Assembly (NCBI RefSeq): GCF_009914755.1
Contig: NC_060944.1
Reading direction: 5' to 3' (one strand)
Source: the human T2T-CHM13v2.0 reference genome, Homo sapiens
DNA: 64,000 nucleotides
Of this stretch, positions 42,990-56,539 are shown one piece after another; position 1 is the first letter of the stretch, and each line of letters begins with the position of its first letter. The notes below the pieces were generated by a model. That model saw only the letters and a program-made list of their open reading frames with translations, was not told the origin of the DNA and did not search any database. The translations under genes were made by a program, and so were the position numbers.

Positions 42990-43240
42990 CCATTTCTCAA
43001 CCATACCACCATATAGGCCATTACAACCCAAGTCTACTCCCCTTCATTTTCTCCATGGCTCCTATCACATCCTAATATACTAGATAATTTATTTTATATA
43101 TTATCTTCCTCTTCTCACTGGAGAGTAAGCTCCATGGGAGAAAAGATTGGGCTCTGTGATTTTATCCTGGTGTCTATAACAATACCTGCCCCAAACAATG
43201 TGCTCAGTTAATATTTGCTGAATGAATGAATGAATGAGTG
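42990..43240 (+). mobile_element. L2 3' end
   Basis: gtaagctccatgggag...tgctcagttaatatttgctgaatgaatgaatgaatg. Confidence 0.7.
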
Positions 43241-44274
43241 TATAAATAAGTAACATCTATGTATGTCAGAAGAGGAAGAGGCCTCAAAAATCATCTGGCC
43301 CACTCTCTACAGAGACTGCACTGGAAACCCAGGCTCCTGATGGTAAACCCAGTGTGGTCCCCATTCCTCCATCTTCCATCACAGCAATAGGAATTCCCCG
43401 TCTTCCACCAGCCAGCATCTTCTCTGTCCAAGGCGTCACCTGTTTTCTTCAGTTTATCTGTTTTCTTCGAGTCCTTGAGTAGTCACACTTCTTCCTGGCT
43501 GTATATTTGAATTCCGGTTATTTTCATTTATAACTGAAAAGGAAGACACCAATGACCTTTGCTGGATTACTTTATCCACTAAGGGCTTTACCCGGGCTCT
43601 ATGCCTGCATCTTTTGTCTCCATTCATATCTCTCTTCAAGGGCTTCTGGAGGTCTCTCTCCTACATTCCCAAACTCTCTGATATGAGTCAAAGCACATCT
43701 CAGTCTGACTCCAGACAGCACTTTGTACCAATGGTCCCCTGGGCTGACTGGTTGCAAGTGGCTCACCTGGGCAGTGGAGGCATCTGGATCTTAGACAGTC
43801 AACGGAGGCATCTCCAGAGACTTCTGATGTCCAGATGGGCTATGTTTTGAGACTCCTTCTTGGCTAGGGACCAAGGAAACGCCAGGCCTCTCAGGCACAG
43901 ATGGTGCCCAGGTGTGGCTGGCTCAGCTGGGCTCCACCTTGGAACTCCTAATGAATTTTCCAGCTGGGGTGGGTCACAGCCCTGGTGTTCTCTTACAACC
44001 CAGTAGGACTTCTGACCTCAAGAGTGGTCAAGTAGGGTTGATTTAAGGATTTGATGCTGCTCTGAAATCCCAAAATTCTCCCCTTCTAGGAAATCCCAAA
44101 CTGTTTTGGGCCATGAAGAACATTATGGAACAGGGCATTTCATGCAAACAAGCAGCTACCCAAACCATTGCCCTTTGTGAATTCAACAATCAACAATTAA
44201 TTGAAAGGTTGAATGTTAGGAAATTTGAAGAAATATAGGTATTTGTTAAAACTACATTTTAAAAAATGTATTCA

Positions 44275-44550
44275 GGTCAGGCACAGTGGCTCACGCCTGT
44301 AATCCCAGCACTTTGGGAGGCCGAGGTGGGTGGATCACTTGAGGTCAGGAGTTTGAAACCAGCCTGGGCAACATGGTGAAACGCCGTCTCTACTAAAAAT
44401 ACAAGAATTAGCCGGCCGTGTTGGTGCGCACCTGTAATTGCAGCCACTTGGGAGGCTGAGGCAGGAGAATCTCTTGAACCCAGGAGGCAGAGGTTACAGT
44501 GAGCCAAGATCAAACTCCATCTCAAAATAAATAAGAAAAATAAATAAAAA
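44275..44550 (+). mobile_element. AluS with an internal deletion in the right arm
   Basis: gagccaagatc|aaactccatctc: the gccactgcactccagcctggg segment is missing. Confidence 0.9.
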
Positions 44551-44635
44551 ATATTTTCAACATATTCAAATTTTTTAATTTGAAAACTCATTCTGTCACT
44601 TACTCATTGTGTAGCATTGAACAAGTTACTTACAT

Positions 44636-44832
44636 CAGTGGTTCTCAGATGGGGTTGCTGGATCAGCAGCAGCAGCAGCAGCAGCAGCACCTGGGAACTT
44701 GTTCACGTGAACATCTTGTGACCCCAGACCAGATTTACAAATTCAGAGCCTCTGGGGAGGCGAGCCAGCAATCTGTGTTTTAACAAGCCCTGCAGTTGAT
44801 TCTGATGCTTGCTCAGTTTTGAAAACCACTGG
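44636..44832. mobile_element. MER5A with (CAG)8 at 44664-44687, inserted in a MIR (~44580-45010)
   Basis: cagtggttctcaga...cacctgggaacttgtt...cagcaatctgtgttttaacaagccc...gaaaaccactg. The MIR core resumes at gtttcctcttatgtaaaatgg. Confidence 0.85.
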
Positions 44833-45109
44833 TTTAAACCATCCAAACTGTGTTTCCTCTTATGTAAAATGGAAGTAATAATACTTGATCTCGTAAAGTT
44901 GCTGTAAGGATTAAATTCAATAGATTTTACATGTCAAGTATTCAGGACAGTGTCCGGCACTTAGTATGTGTTCAATATAAGACAGCTACAATTAAAGTTA
45001 TTACTATTATTATTGGATTTCTTTTCTGGGTGGCCAATGAATCAGTCTATAACTTTGCGTGTCTACCTGTGAAATAATAAAGAGGGAATATATTTTAACA
45101 TTAATCATT

Positions 45110-45370
45110 ATAACAGTAGCTAATGTATTGAGCTCCTCTCTGTGCCAGACACTTGGTTCACTACCTCACAAACAAGTGTTCAACCCTCATTAGAAAAAGC
45201 ACTAAGCAAATGGTGCCATTATTGTCCATCTTTTACAGGTGAGAAAATAGATTTGAAGAGCTTATGTTAACTTGGCCAGAATCATACAAGTCGTGAGTGG
45301 AAGAACCAGGAAAAGAATTCAGAGTGAGATTCTGGAGCCCGGTCTGTCAGTAAATCACCACACGACCACT
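45110..45370 (-). mobile_element. MIR
   Basis: tattgagctcctctctgtgccagacac...ttttacaggtgagaaaatag. Confidence 0.7.
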
Positions 45371-47145
45371 CTGAAGAGGTGTGCAAAAGGCATGACAGAG
45401 GTAGCCATTTTTTTACCCACCATGCTATTTTGAAAATCTCTATGAAATCAGATATTCACCACAACACATATATTAACTGTATGGCTATTGATTAATGATA
45501 GAAGGCTCTCAATCAAGTTTTTTCTTAAAATGAGTTTTTGTTGGTTTATTTTATTGTATTTATTTATTTTTTTGAGAAACCAGGGGCAGAAAAGAGTCTG
45601 TTACTGCCGTCCTCTGCAAGTCCTCCAAGGAGTTCTCCATGACTCAATTCCTGCCAAGTCACATTGGCTATGCAGTCACGAGGGGGATGATTTGTTGATG
45701 ACAGATCTAAAGACGGTCCCGCATCTGTAACCAGAGCTGTTCCTTCTGGTTGCAGTTTGGGGCACTGATCACTGAGACCAAGGGACACATTCCAGTGTCC
45801 ATTAGATGAGAGTCAACTGGAAAAAAAAATGCTTTCTTTACATACTGAAGGTAAATCTTCAGTAAAGATTAAAAGGAGGAAATATAAACATGTGACCTAT
45901 AATTATTGCTAAGTATGTGTTAGCAGTTGTATTTGTTAATATGGGTTTGGGGCCCATGATGAATGCCAAATTTATACCATTTTTCAATACCACAAAATTT
46001 TCTGACACCTAAAATACCAGTGACATCCTATAAAGCAATTTATTAACATGGATGAGATTATATGTACATCAAAGGAATTTCAGAACAAGCTGCTGAATTT
46101 ATAAAATGAATATATTTTAAAACTCATCAAAAATGGTATTGCAGGGTAAGTGTATGTTTATTCAGTGCAAAGTGTCCATTTTATCCTAGAGAATTTGTAA
46201 GGTTACAAATAGGCCAGGAACAAAAAACCTGTAGGCTTTCTTATTTGAGTGAAGCCAGTAACTTCGCCTTTCATTTGAGAGTTTCTGTCTAAATCTTAGA
46301 AGCAGGACCTCCGTGATATCACAATATGTTCAGTTTAGCATAAAACTTCGCTGTGTCCCTAAAATGACAGTATCAACAATAGCACCACTAAGCAAACACT
46401 CGTTTTGGCTACTGCCTTTTATTTTATTTTTCCCCCCTCTTCTTAGCTCCACCCAGCTCGCTCTTGAAAGGCCTTCTGTTCTGTCAGCCATAATGACATC
46501 TGCTGGCGGACACAGGAAGTCATAAATCTGTAGGTTCTCTCTCAACCAAACCTTGTTAATGCTGCCATTTATCACTGGGGCTGGGGTGCCATCTCTGGAG
46601 AGCTGGACGCAGAGAGTCCATTTTCTCCCATACCCCTTTCCCAAGAGAGCAACCATTTTAAAAACAGCCACTTTTTCATCTCGCATTTGCAGACCTAAAT
46701 GTCAGGCAGATGCAAACCCCACTGTCAATGTGCAGCTCTTGGAAAGAAGCCATGATTCCAGGCAACAATAGACTCGACTTGATGTTTCAGGATTGAAGCA
46801 AGGCAGTTGTGACTAAGCTCTGTCCTTCCTCATTTTAAATAGGCCCCTGACGGCTTGGAGGAGAGGGATGGAGGATTCTGTCCGTCCAAGCCCCTCTTCT
46901 CCAGGACTTTTCTAAGGGCAAAACTTACGACAGGGAGAGTTGAAAGAGGATTATTTAAATTCAGAGTTACTTTTGTTCTGAACTAATGAAAGATGATATG
47001 TGGGTTTTATTTCTTAGAAGTCCATGGTGCCCTAAGCATTGATTCAAGACCTCCACCTATGACAGATATTTTCTAGCTTTTGCTACTCAAAGTGGGGTCC
47101 CTGGATTCGCATCCCCTGTTAGAGCCTGTCAGAAATGCGGCATCT

Positions 47146-47512
<367 letters not shown>

Positions 47513-47547
47513 CTATACACATGAAGGTTTGTGAGGTTGTGCTCTAC

Positions 47548-47752
47548 ATTGAGGTTCTCACCTTGACACTGTTGGCATTTAGGGCCAGATCATTGTTTCT
47601 TTGCAGGCCTCTTTCTTGGGCACTGTGGGATGTTTGGCAACATCCCTGGTCTCCACCCACTAGATGCCAGTAGCAACCCCTGAGTCGTGACAACCAAAAA
47701 TGTCTCCAGACTTGTCAAGTGTACCCGGGAGAGCAAAGTCACCCTTGTGGCA
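47548..47752 (-). mobile_element. MER20
   Basis: catccctggtctccacccactagatgccagtagcaaccc...gtgacaaccaaaaatgtctccagac. Confidence 0.85.
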
Positions 47753-48207
47753 ACTCAAAAGTGTGGTCTGTGTACTCGCAGCTGCTGTGTCATCTACGAG
47801 CCTGTTGGAAATACACCTTCTAAGACCCCACCCCAGACTTGCTAAACCAGGAGCTCTAGAGGTGAGGTGCATGAATCTGTCTTAATGCCCTGGGAGATAA
47901 TATGGGTGCTAATGTTTAAGAACTGAGGCTTCTTAAATTCTCAGTTGCTGAATGTAAGCAGGGAAAAGCAATGCAAGAAATACCTGGATTTGGGGGATAT
48001 AAAACTCACTGTGGCTGCAACACTGTCAAGAGGGAGTAATGCATGGTTGTTAAGAATAAAACAACTGGAGGCATGCCAGGTTTGAATCCAGGCTTCCCAA
48101 TTTGCTATCGCCATAACCTTGGGTAAGTTACCTAACCTTCCTGTGCCTCAGTTTCCTCATATGTAAAATGAGGACAACAAAAGCACTTTATCAAAAACTG
48201 GTTTAAG

Positions 48208-48511
<304 letters not shown>

Positions 48512-49759
48512 AAAACTGTTTTAAGGATTAAGGAGTTCATATTGTAAAGTGCTTAGAACAGCGCTTGGTACCAAGTGCTTTGGAAATGCCAGTTGCTATT
48601 ATGATCATGACCATCATTTGCCTGTCTTTCCCTCAATGTTTAAGTTCCCTAAGAGCCACGCAGGTGCTTTCTTTTCTGCCACATCCCCAATACCCAGTCA
48701 TGCACCTGGCACGGAGCAGGTGCTTAATGAATATGAGTGGAGACAGTGGGTCGGCCTGTGGAGGGAAGAGGACGCTAGCAGGAACCCTCTGCAGCAGGAA
48801 CTTTCTGCTCCATTGGCTTGAACTTGTACTCTGTTGTCTGTACTTCCTGCATGAGGACACCAGCTTCCCTGATCGGTTTTGTAAATTGGCGCCCTTGCAA
48901 ATGTAGGGGATTGAGCCAAAGTGAATGTTATTCTTCGGCTCAGATTAGATTGGACCTCTGATATATCTGAAAACACTCTGTAAACAACAATCAACAAATG
49001 TTTATAAAATAATGAAAAAACTAAAAATTGGGGAGTACTTTCTATGTATCAAGTATAATGCTCAGTATTTTATATTTGCTCATGTGAGTCTCTCTCTACT
49101 GGTAATAGTCAGTGATATAATTATTCCCATTTCACAGATGGGAAAACGGAAGCCCAGAGAGGCTAAACAATTTGCCTGAGGTCTTAGTAAATGGTGAATT
49201 TTTTTAAAGTGCTGCTTTCTTTGATTCCAAACCCAAACTTACCTTTTGTCATGAAGTCTACCTGATCTGTACACAGTGATCATATGTCCTAAGACTTCTG
49301 GGACAATCCTAATTTGAAACCTTCTGCCCCCATTTTATGCTTAACACACTCATAAATGTCAGACCGCATGTCTTTTATTTTGTTTAAAAACTCAAACTGT
49401 GATGATAATGAGAGCTCTGCGGCCCTACTAGAGATACAATGGGGAAAAGGAAAGAGGCCCCTGCTCCTGAAGGAGCTCACTTTTGGGGAAAGTGAAGATT
49501 GACCAAATCAGGGAATACAAAAGACTTGTAAGCAAGTGCAAACTACAGATTATAAACAATAGGACTGGACAGGAGAGAGCAACCAAAAGAGGCATGGAAC
49601 TAACATTTTGAACTCACTGGTGCACTTGGTAGATATTTATTGAAGGTCTACTGTGTGCCTGGCATTATGCCAAAAAGTAGAGGTGCTGCAGGAAGAGGAC
49701 CGTCTTGTTCCTTCCCCTCAGAAAGCTCACAGTTTAGGGTATTCTACTCCAACAGAAGT

Positions 49760-50142
49760 TGCCTGCTTGCCCATTTCTTCACACACCAACTCTACTAGGA
49801 ACTGCCAGCACCCATCTCTTTTGCCTCCAGGGAAGGCCAGAAGTGGCCCTCACCCAATGGCTGGCAGGAGTAGGTGGATGAATACCCCAGCTCTCTCACC
49901 CTTTAGGAGAGACATCTCGAAAGTGCAGAATCTACACTACCTCCCAGCATTCCTAGCAGGATTAAGCTCCAGTGGCCCACAGTGATAACTTGCTTGTTAA
50001 CACACCTGTACCAGCCACCTTCCCTTTCTTTACTCACTTTCCTACTCCCCTTCTGGAGTTTTCTAGAATCAACTCCCAAACAGACTACTTGCACACAAAT
50101 CTTTATCTCAGAGTCTGCTTCTTGGGGAAGCAAAAGCAAGAC
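49760..50142 (+). mobile_element. ERVL LTR (LTR16A-like)
   Basis: ggatgaataccccagctctctcaccc...ggattaagctccagtggcccacagtgataac...tctcagagtctgcttcttggggaa. Confidence 0.8.
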
Positions 50143-51039
50143 GCAATCTTTCTAGAAAGAGAGTTTGCAACAGCCCTAGACTATTCAACCATGTTAAGCC
50201 CATGGGTTCCTTAGCCTCCTGGGAGTGCCCAGTAATGGTTAAGGAAAAAAGACAAGCTGTATTGTTGCCTTCAAGACAAGACGCTTTGACATAATCCTAG
50301 CAAGCAGGGGTAGAATCTCATGAAATTTTAAGGACAATAGGATGCTTAATGCCTAATCATAATAGATAAGACATGCTCTGGATAAGACAGAAAGGTGTTC
50401 TCAGAGCGAATTATATCCTTCTCTATTTGCTTCTGAAAGTTGAGGGGCACCTTTGGGCACACAGTTCTAATGAGTCCAGGAAGTAGAGCTTGATGCACAG
50501 TTGAGATGGCATAAAATATACCAGAACTTAAAGGCTGCTTATCACATGGTTTCCAGGCTGCTCCCGTCCTTACATTCATTTAATGTCTTCCTGTGGTTAA
50601 TGAAGTTGAGCAATGGATTACTGGGCCAGCGACTTGGTTTGGATTCTTCAGGAGCAGCAAACACTGTCACTGACTGTAAGTAGCCAACTCCAAGGGAGAA
50701 ATGTGATATATGTTAAATCTAACAGCTCCCATGGCCCCAATCGGCCCAGTCAGCAATCATTCCCTTTAAAATATACATAATGCTTAATTGCTGTTGCAAA
50801 ATTCTACACCTAACCAAATCAAAATAGTTCTAAAAACGAGTGCCTAGTAACTCTTGGAGGATTTATTCTTAGAAGCAAGCTTGCCAATGCTTGGGCATTC
50901 CCGAATTTTATTGTCATCAACCTCACCTGTTTTTAGAAAGCAAATTTGCACCCAGTTAAATCAGACATAGTTTCTCCTGGGTTGGTTGTAAGTAAATGAA
51001 TTGCATTGATCAATAGCTGGAAGAATAAAGTTCAAACTT

Positions 51040-51390
51040 GGTATGATGACTGACCTCCTCAGTGGTCTATTCCCAGTCCATCTCTCCTGCCTCATTTCTG
51101 CTTCCCTCTCTCTGGCTGCTTCTCTCGATCTCAGTTCTAACAGTTGCATCTTTCTATTCCTGAAGCTCAGACATCTCTTCCAATTTCAGGGCTGGGATCC
51201 TGATTGGGTGCTTCCAGATCTCAGTTTAAATGTCACCTCCTCCCAGAGCCTTTCCCTGACCCCAGCCCTAACGTGGGCTCTGCCCCACCCCCGTACTCTC
51301 TATCTCAACACTCTCAACACCCTGCTTTATTTTCTTCCTGTCACTCTCCATGATCTGGGACTTCCTCTTGTTTTACTCTCCCCAACGTGA
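51040..51390 (+). mobile_element. L2
   Basis: cagatctcagtttaaatgtcacctcctcccagagcctttccctgacc. Confidence 0.65.
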
Positions 51391-51542
51391 TGGTGGGGAT
51401 TTCCTGGGAAAGTAGAAAATAACGAGAGATTGCTACCTATAAGTTTTCACAAAATACTTGCTGGGAAGAGGGATATCTTGAACGAGTTAAATGACATAAG
51501 AGGAAGGCATGACTTACATCCTCAAGGGCAACATCGTATGGT

Positions 51543-51710
51543 ACACTGGCTCTCAAACTTGGCCGCACATTGGAATCTCCTGGGAGCTTTAAAAAATACT
51601 GTCAACTGAATCCCACCCCCACAGACTGATGTAATGGGTCTGGGGTAAGGCCTGGACACTGGAATTTTTTAAATCACCCCAGCTGGCTGAAATATGTTTG
51701 AGAGCACTGC
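51543..51710. mobile_element. MER5-type (MER5A1-like)
   Basis: ctctcaaacttggccgcacattggaatctcctgggagctttaaaaaatact...ggtctggggtaaggcctgg. Confidence 0.75.
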
Positions 51711-52173
51711 TTTTTATACTTGAAGCATTATGCGCATATACAGAAGGGCACAAATTCTAAGTGTGCAGCTGAATTAACGTTCTCTTATTGAACACACTGG
51801 AGTAACTAGCACCCTGGTTAAGAGCAATCCCAGCCTCTCAGAAGCCTCCTTAGACCCACCCTCCAAAGTAACCATCACTATGATAGGCAAGCATAAATTT
51901 GTTCTCTCTGCTTGTGTACTAATACATTTGGGATCATAGTCTACCTTGAGACTCTTTGTTTTGAAAAGATACGGACCAGAGAAGGATGCATTTCAAAAGA
52001 TCCACCCAGGAAGACTTCTTGGAAGAGGTGATATTTAAGAGAGGATCTGAAGGAGGCAATAGACAAGAGGAAAGGGGAAAAGGGAGGGAAGTTGGTGAGG
52101 GGAAGACAGCATCAATTGAGAATGAGACACATAAGCTAAAATGTTATCTCCATATCTAATGAAAACCCTATTG

Positions 52174-52461
52174 GAGCAGTGACTCATACAGTAATCCCAG
52201 CACCTTGGGAAGCTGAGGCGGGAGGATTGCTTGAGCCAAGGAGTTTGAGACTAGCCTGGGTAACACAGAGAGACCCTGTCTGCAAAAATAAAATTAATAG
52301 AGTGTGGTGGCTCGAACCTGATATCCATGCTACTTGGGATGCTGAGGAGGGAGGATTGATTGAGCCCAGAAGCTTGAGGCTGCAGTGAGCTATGATCGAG
52401 TCACGGCACTCCAGCCTGGGAGCAAACAAGATCTTGTCTCTAAACACAAAAGAAAAGAAAA
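52174..52461 (+). mobile_element. AluJ
   Basis: gggaggattgcttgagcc, gaggctgcagtgagctatgatc. TSD gaaaaccctattg at 52161-52173 and 52462-52474. Confidence 0.9.
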
Positions 52462-53432
52462 GAAAACCCTATTGCGCCAAAGGTATTTTTAAAAGACCTT
52501 CCTTGCATGTATCCTCAGCTTCATGTTCAATCCTTCCACAGATTTTTAATAAGCACCAATACGGTGCTCAACCTGAGGATATAAATGTGAATTTGGGAAG
52601 ACAGACAGGAAAAACACAAAAATACATGAAGAAAATACAGAGAAAGAGTGGGACAGATAGGGTAGGCAACAAAGGTACATTTGAGTTTAGAGTGAAGAGG
52701 AAAGATAGATCTGGAGGAGGAACTTTGTAGAAGGAAAGAATAAGAGTAAAGGTCCTGAAACCTATACAGGAGGCACTATGGTGACTGAGACATTCTCTCT
52801 GTGCTCAGGTATCACAAGGCTACCCCAAAGCCCAGTAATTAGAGCACTGCCCTGCACAAGGTAGGTGCTTGGCAAATATTTGTTTAATTGCATCAGTGGT
52901 AAAACAGGTGAACTAACAACAAATTCGATATGTTGTGTGCTTTGAGGGGGAGGATTGATAGGCTTCTACAGTGTGATTAGAAGACTTGAGTGAATCCAAG
53001 AACAAATGCCTTTTCTGTTCCTTGCATGCAAGAAACTCTGCAAACTCTATTCACTTGTTATAAAATTCAACTTTTGTACAGAAAAGTTTCCTATGCCTAG
53101 TGCCTTACCAGAATCACCTGGGACCTTTAAGATTTTGAGATTTTTCTGACACCACCCTGGAATCTAATTTAGTAAGTCTAGGATGTGGCCTGGGGTTCTT
53201 TATCTTGAAAAACAAAAAATCCCCAGGTGATTCTGATGTTCAGCCAGCATGTGAACAACTGTTCTGGAAGGTAGGGTTGAGTCATTCCAATCAGTTCATG
53301 CCCTTACACATCCCAAAGTTCGAGTGCTGGATCCTAGGAAGCGAAGTTCCCTGGAGACTTAAACATAGCCTCATCCCAAGACACCAGCTCTTATAAGAAG
53401 TTTCCCCAAGTGCCAGAGTCTATGGTTTAGCA

Positions 53433-54700
53433 CAGTATTTTCCAATTCTAGCAATGCCCACACCATCTCTTTCACATTTTGCCATTTCCACATCCCACCT
53501 GAATCACTTTTTACTCTCTATTGTTCCTTTAATATACTTATTTTTAAAATTCCACTTAATGGGTTTAAATATTAGATTGCTCTTACGCAAGGAGAGCAGG
53601 ATCTTTAAAAACAGAAGGTAACTCTAAATCGAAAGCATTAAAAACAAAACATTTTTTTAATTCTTTTTTTTCTTTTACTTTAAGTTCCGGGATACACGTG
53701 CAGAATGTGCAGGTTTGTTACAAAGGTATACACGTACCATGGTGGTTTGCTGCACCTATCAACCCGTCATCTAGGTTTTTAAGCCCCTCATGCATTAGGT
53801 ATTGGTCCTAATGCTCTCCCTCCCCTTGCTCCCCACCCCAACAGGCCATGGTGTGTGTTGTTCCTCTCCTTGTGTCCATGTGTTCACATTGTTCAGTTCC
53901 CACTTATGAGTCTTATGAGTGAGAACACATAGTGTTTGGTTTTCTGTTCCTGTGTTAGTTTGCTGAGAATTATGGCTCCCAGCTTAATCCATGTCCTGGA
54001 AAAGGACATGATCTCATTCTTTTTTATGGCTGCATAGTATTCCATGGTGTATATGTGCCACATTTTCTTTATCCAGTCTATCATTGATGGGCATTTGGGT
54101 TAATTCCAAGTCTTTGCTATTGTAAATATTGCTGCAATAAACCTACATGTGCATGTGTCTTTATTTTAGAATGATTTATAATCCTTTGGGAATATACCCA
54201 GTAATGGGATTGCTGGGTCAAATGGTATTTCTGATTCTAGATCCTTCAGGAACCACCACACTATCTTCCACAATGGTTGAACTAATTTACACTCCCACCA
54301 ACAGTGTAAAAGCTTTCTTATTTCTTCACAGCCTTGCCAGCATCTATTGTTTCTTGACTTTTTAATAATCACCATTCTGGCATGTGATGTTATCTCATTG
54401 TGGTTTTGATTTGCATTTCTCTAATGATCAGTGATGATGAGGCTTTTTTCATATGCTTGAAAACAAAACATTTTTAAAAGTCTAGCTAGATACTCTTGTC
54501 CCTCCCAAGCTTCTGAGCCTAAGATCCGTGGTATCTTTGTTGAAAAATAGAAGTTAGCAAGCATTAGGTATAAAAGAGACACGAGCACAAAATGGTTATT
54601 TTATCAGATTGAAAGAGAATTGAAAGGGAATAACTTTCTTACTATGTGATTCAATATTATTTAACATCTTGTCTACAGCACTGGGTACATAGTGTTATAC
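53433..54700. mobile_element. MER113 (hAT-Charlie), split by an L1PA
   Basis: gaaggtaactctaaa...aaaacaaaac|...tctagctagatact...gattgaaagagaattgaaagggaataactttcttactatgtgattcaat. Confidence 0.7.
53657..54459 (-). mobile_element. 5'-truncated L1PA (PA8-like): 3' UTR plus the end of ORF2
   Basis: ccatggtggtttgctgcacctatcaacccgtcatctaggttttaagccc. TSD aaaacaaaacattttt at 53641-53656 and 54460-54475. Confidence 0.92.
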
Positions 54701-56109
54701 ATCCCGCTGGTGTAAGCCAAAACCATTTTCGTGGATAACTAAGCTAACTATTAGTAACGGTATGAAAAAATACAAATTAATAAAAGAACATTTCAGAAAT
54801 GTAGATCCAACAATGTGTTAATAGCCAGCCAGAAAGTAGGTACTGCAGAATTGTTACAAGTCCCCCACATTATATAACCAGCTATTGAGAACAAGGAGAG
54901 AGCGGATGTAAAATTCTGAGAAGGATATTGGATAGAACCTCAGGGAAATTCTGTCATCCAAAGTCATCTTCTCCTGCCCATTTCCTTCCTGATTGTCTCC
55001 AAGGCTGGACCCAGCTTCCAAATTCCCTCTTTTTTAGTTCCCAGTCTTTGGGATGTTATTATAACATCCAAAAGCTTTTTGAAGGTGATGATCCTACCTT
55101 ATGCATTCCAAAATCTGCTGTGCTTGGGGCAAGGCCTGGTAGACCTAACAGGCGCAGTAGATGTCTGTGAAATAACTGGCTGAATGTAACACAAACACCA
55201 CACCAGCAGGCATGGGGCTTGCACAGAGCATGGCGGCTTCATGGTGAGGTTGCTGCAGCTTCACTCCTCTTCTGTTCAGGCCTCCTGATCCTATAAACAA
55301 GTATCCCCTAATCCCACAACGGTGGTTCCTTGGCTGCAAGGCTGTGAGGTTTTATTCAATAGGCTATGGTCCCTTGCACAGTGCTCTGTAAAAATGTATT
55401 GGGTAATTAGAATTAATACCTTTTTTGTTGACATTGCCAACTATGAAATCGGGCTTTTTCTGCCTCAGTTGCCTAAGGACTAGGCTGGGACTGGGTGGAG
55501 TTGGTCATGGGTGGAGGCTTCTCGGGTGATTTAGGGCAAGTGAGTTAACAACTTGTACCACACATGTGAGATGGAGAAGTGCGTGAGGATGTTAAAAATG
55601 ATTAAACAGCACTTTGCAAACAATCACAACAACACTTTGTGGCTGACAAGTAGGATAGGGAAAGTTGAGTGTCATACAGCCCAAAGAACTGTTAAGAAAA
55701 ATATTCATGGAACTAGTCAGAACTGGTAGTTCCCCATAAGCAGGTGGGTGGGTTGTAGTGGGAAGTGTCCCAGATCAGACTGGGCAGGCCTTGCTGGGGT
55801 GGTGGGGTGGGGGTGATCATGGTGGGAGGAGGAGTATTGAGGAGTGGGCACAGGTGAAACCCCATCGCGACGGCCACCATTACAACATCACCCCTTGAAC
55901 CCTTAAGTTACATTAATATCTAAGCCTGACTTGGCTTTATAGTTAACAACATTGAGTATGTCTGATTACAAAAGAACAAACAATTTGGGGGCAGATGTTC
56001 TCTAACTGGTGTGAGCAGAAGTTTCACTTGTAGGGATGGATGGGTTACATGTTCAAAATACAGATCTCTAAGCCTTCATCCGGAATTTTCTGATTCAGAA
56101 GATCTAGGG

Positions 56110-56294
56110 TAGTGATGCTAAGCCAAGGACGATTTTGCCTACCAGGGGACATTGGGCAGTATCTGGAGACAGTTTGCATTGTCACAACGGAAGCCTGGGA
56201 TGTTCCTAAACATCCTACATTGAACAGGACAGCCCCTCCTAACAAAGAATTATCAGACCTTCAATGTCAATAGGGCCTGGGTTAGAAAATCTTG
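56110..56294 (+). mobile_element. MER20 nested in a MER5-type element (~56000-56365)
   Basis: ccaggggacattgggcagtatctggagac...aaacatcctacattgaacaggacagcccc. 8-bp TSD atctaggg/ctctaggg. Confidence 0.8.
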
Positions 56295-56539
56295 CTCTAG
56301 GGCAAGGACCAGGTACGTGCATCTTAACAAGGGCCTCAGGAGATTTTAATGCGGAAGCAGAAGCCTTACACGGTGTCTTTTTGATACAAGGGCTTCAGTA
56401 TCAGAGTTCCCTTTTTGCCTACCCGTTTGTTATATGTAAGACTCAGCTTTGACTTACCTCTTCCCTTGAAGCCCCGCCTGGTAACCATCCTTCCTTTCGC
56501 CAAGTTCAGGGTAATCACTCCTCCTAAGAACACCTTCAC

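Noticed and set aside
44580-44783. Polyglutamine-containing ORF
   Set aside because: It starts at TTG inside MIR/MER5A, and the CAG run is a non-coding microsatellite.
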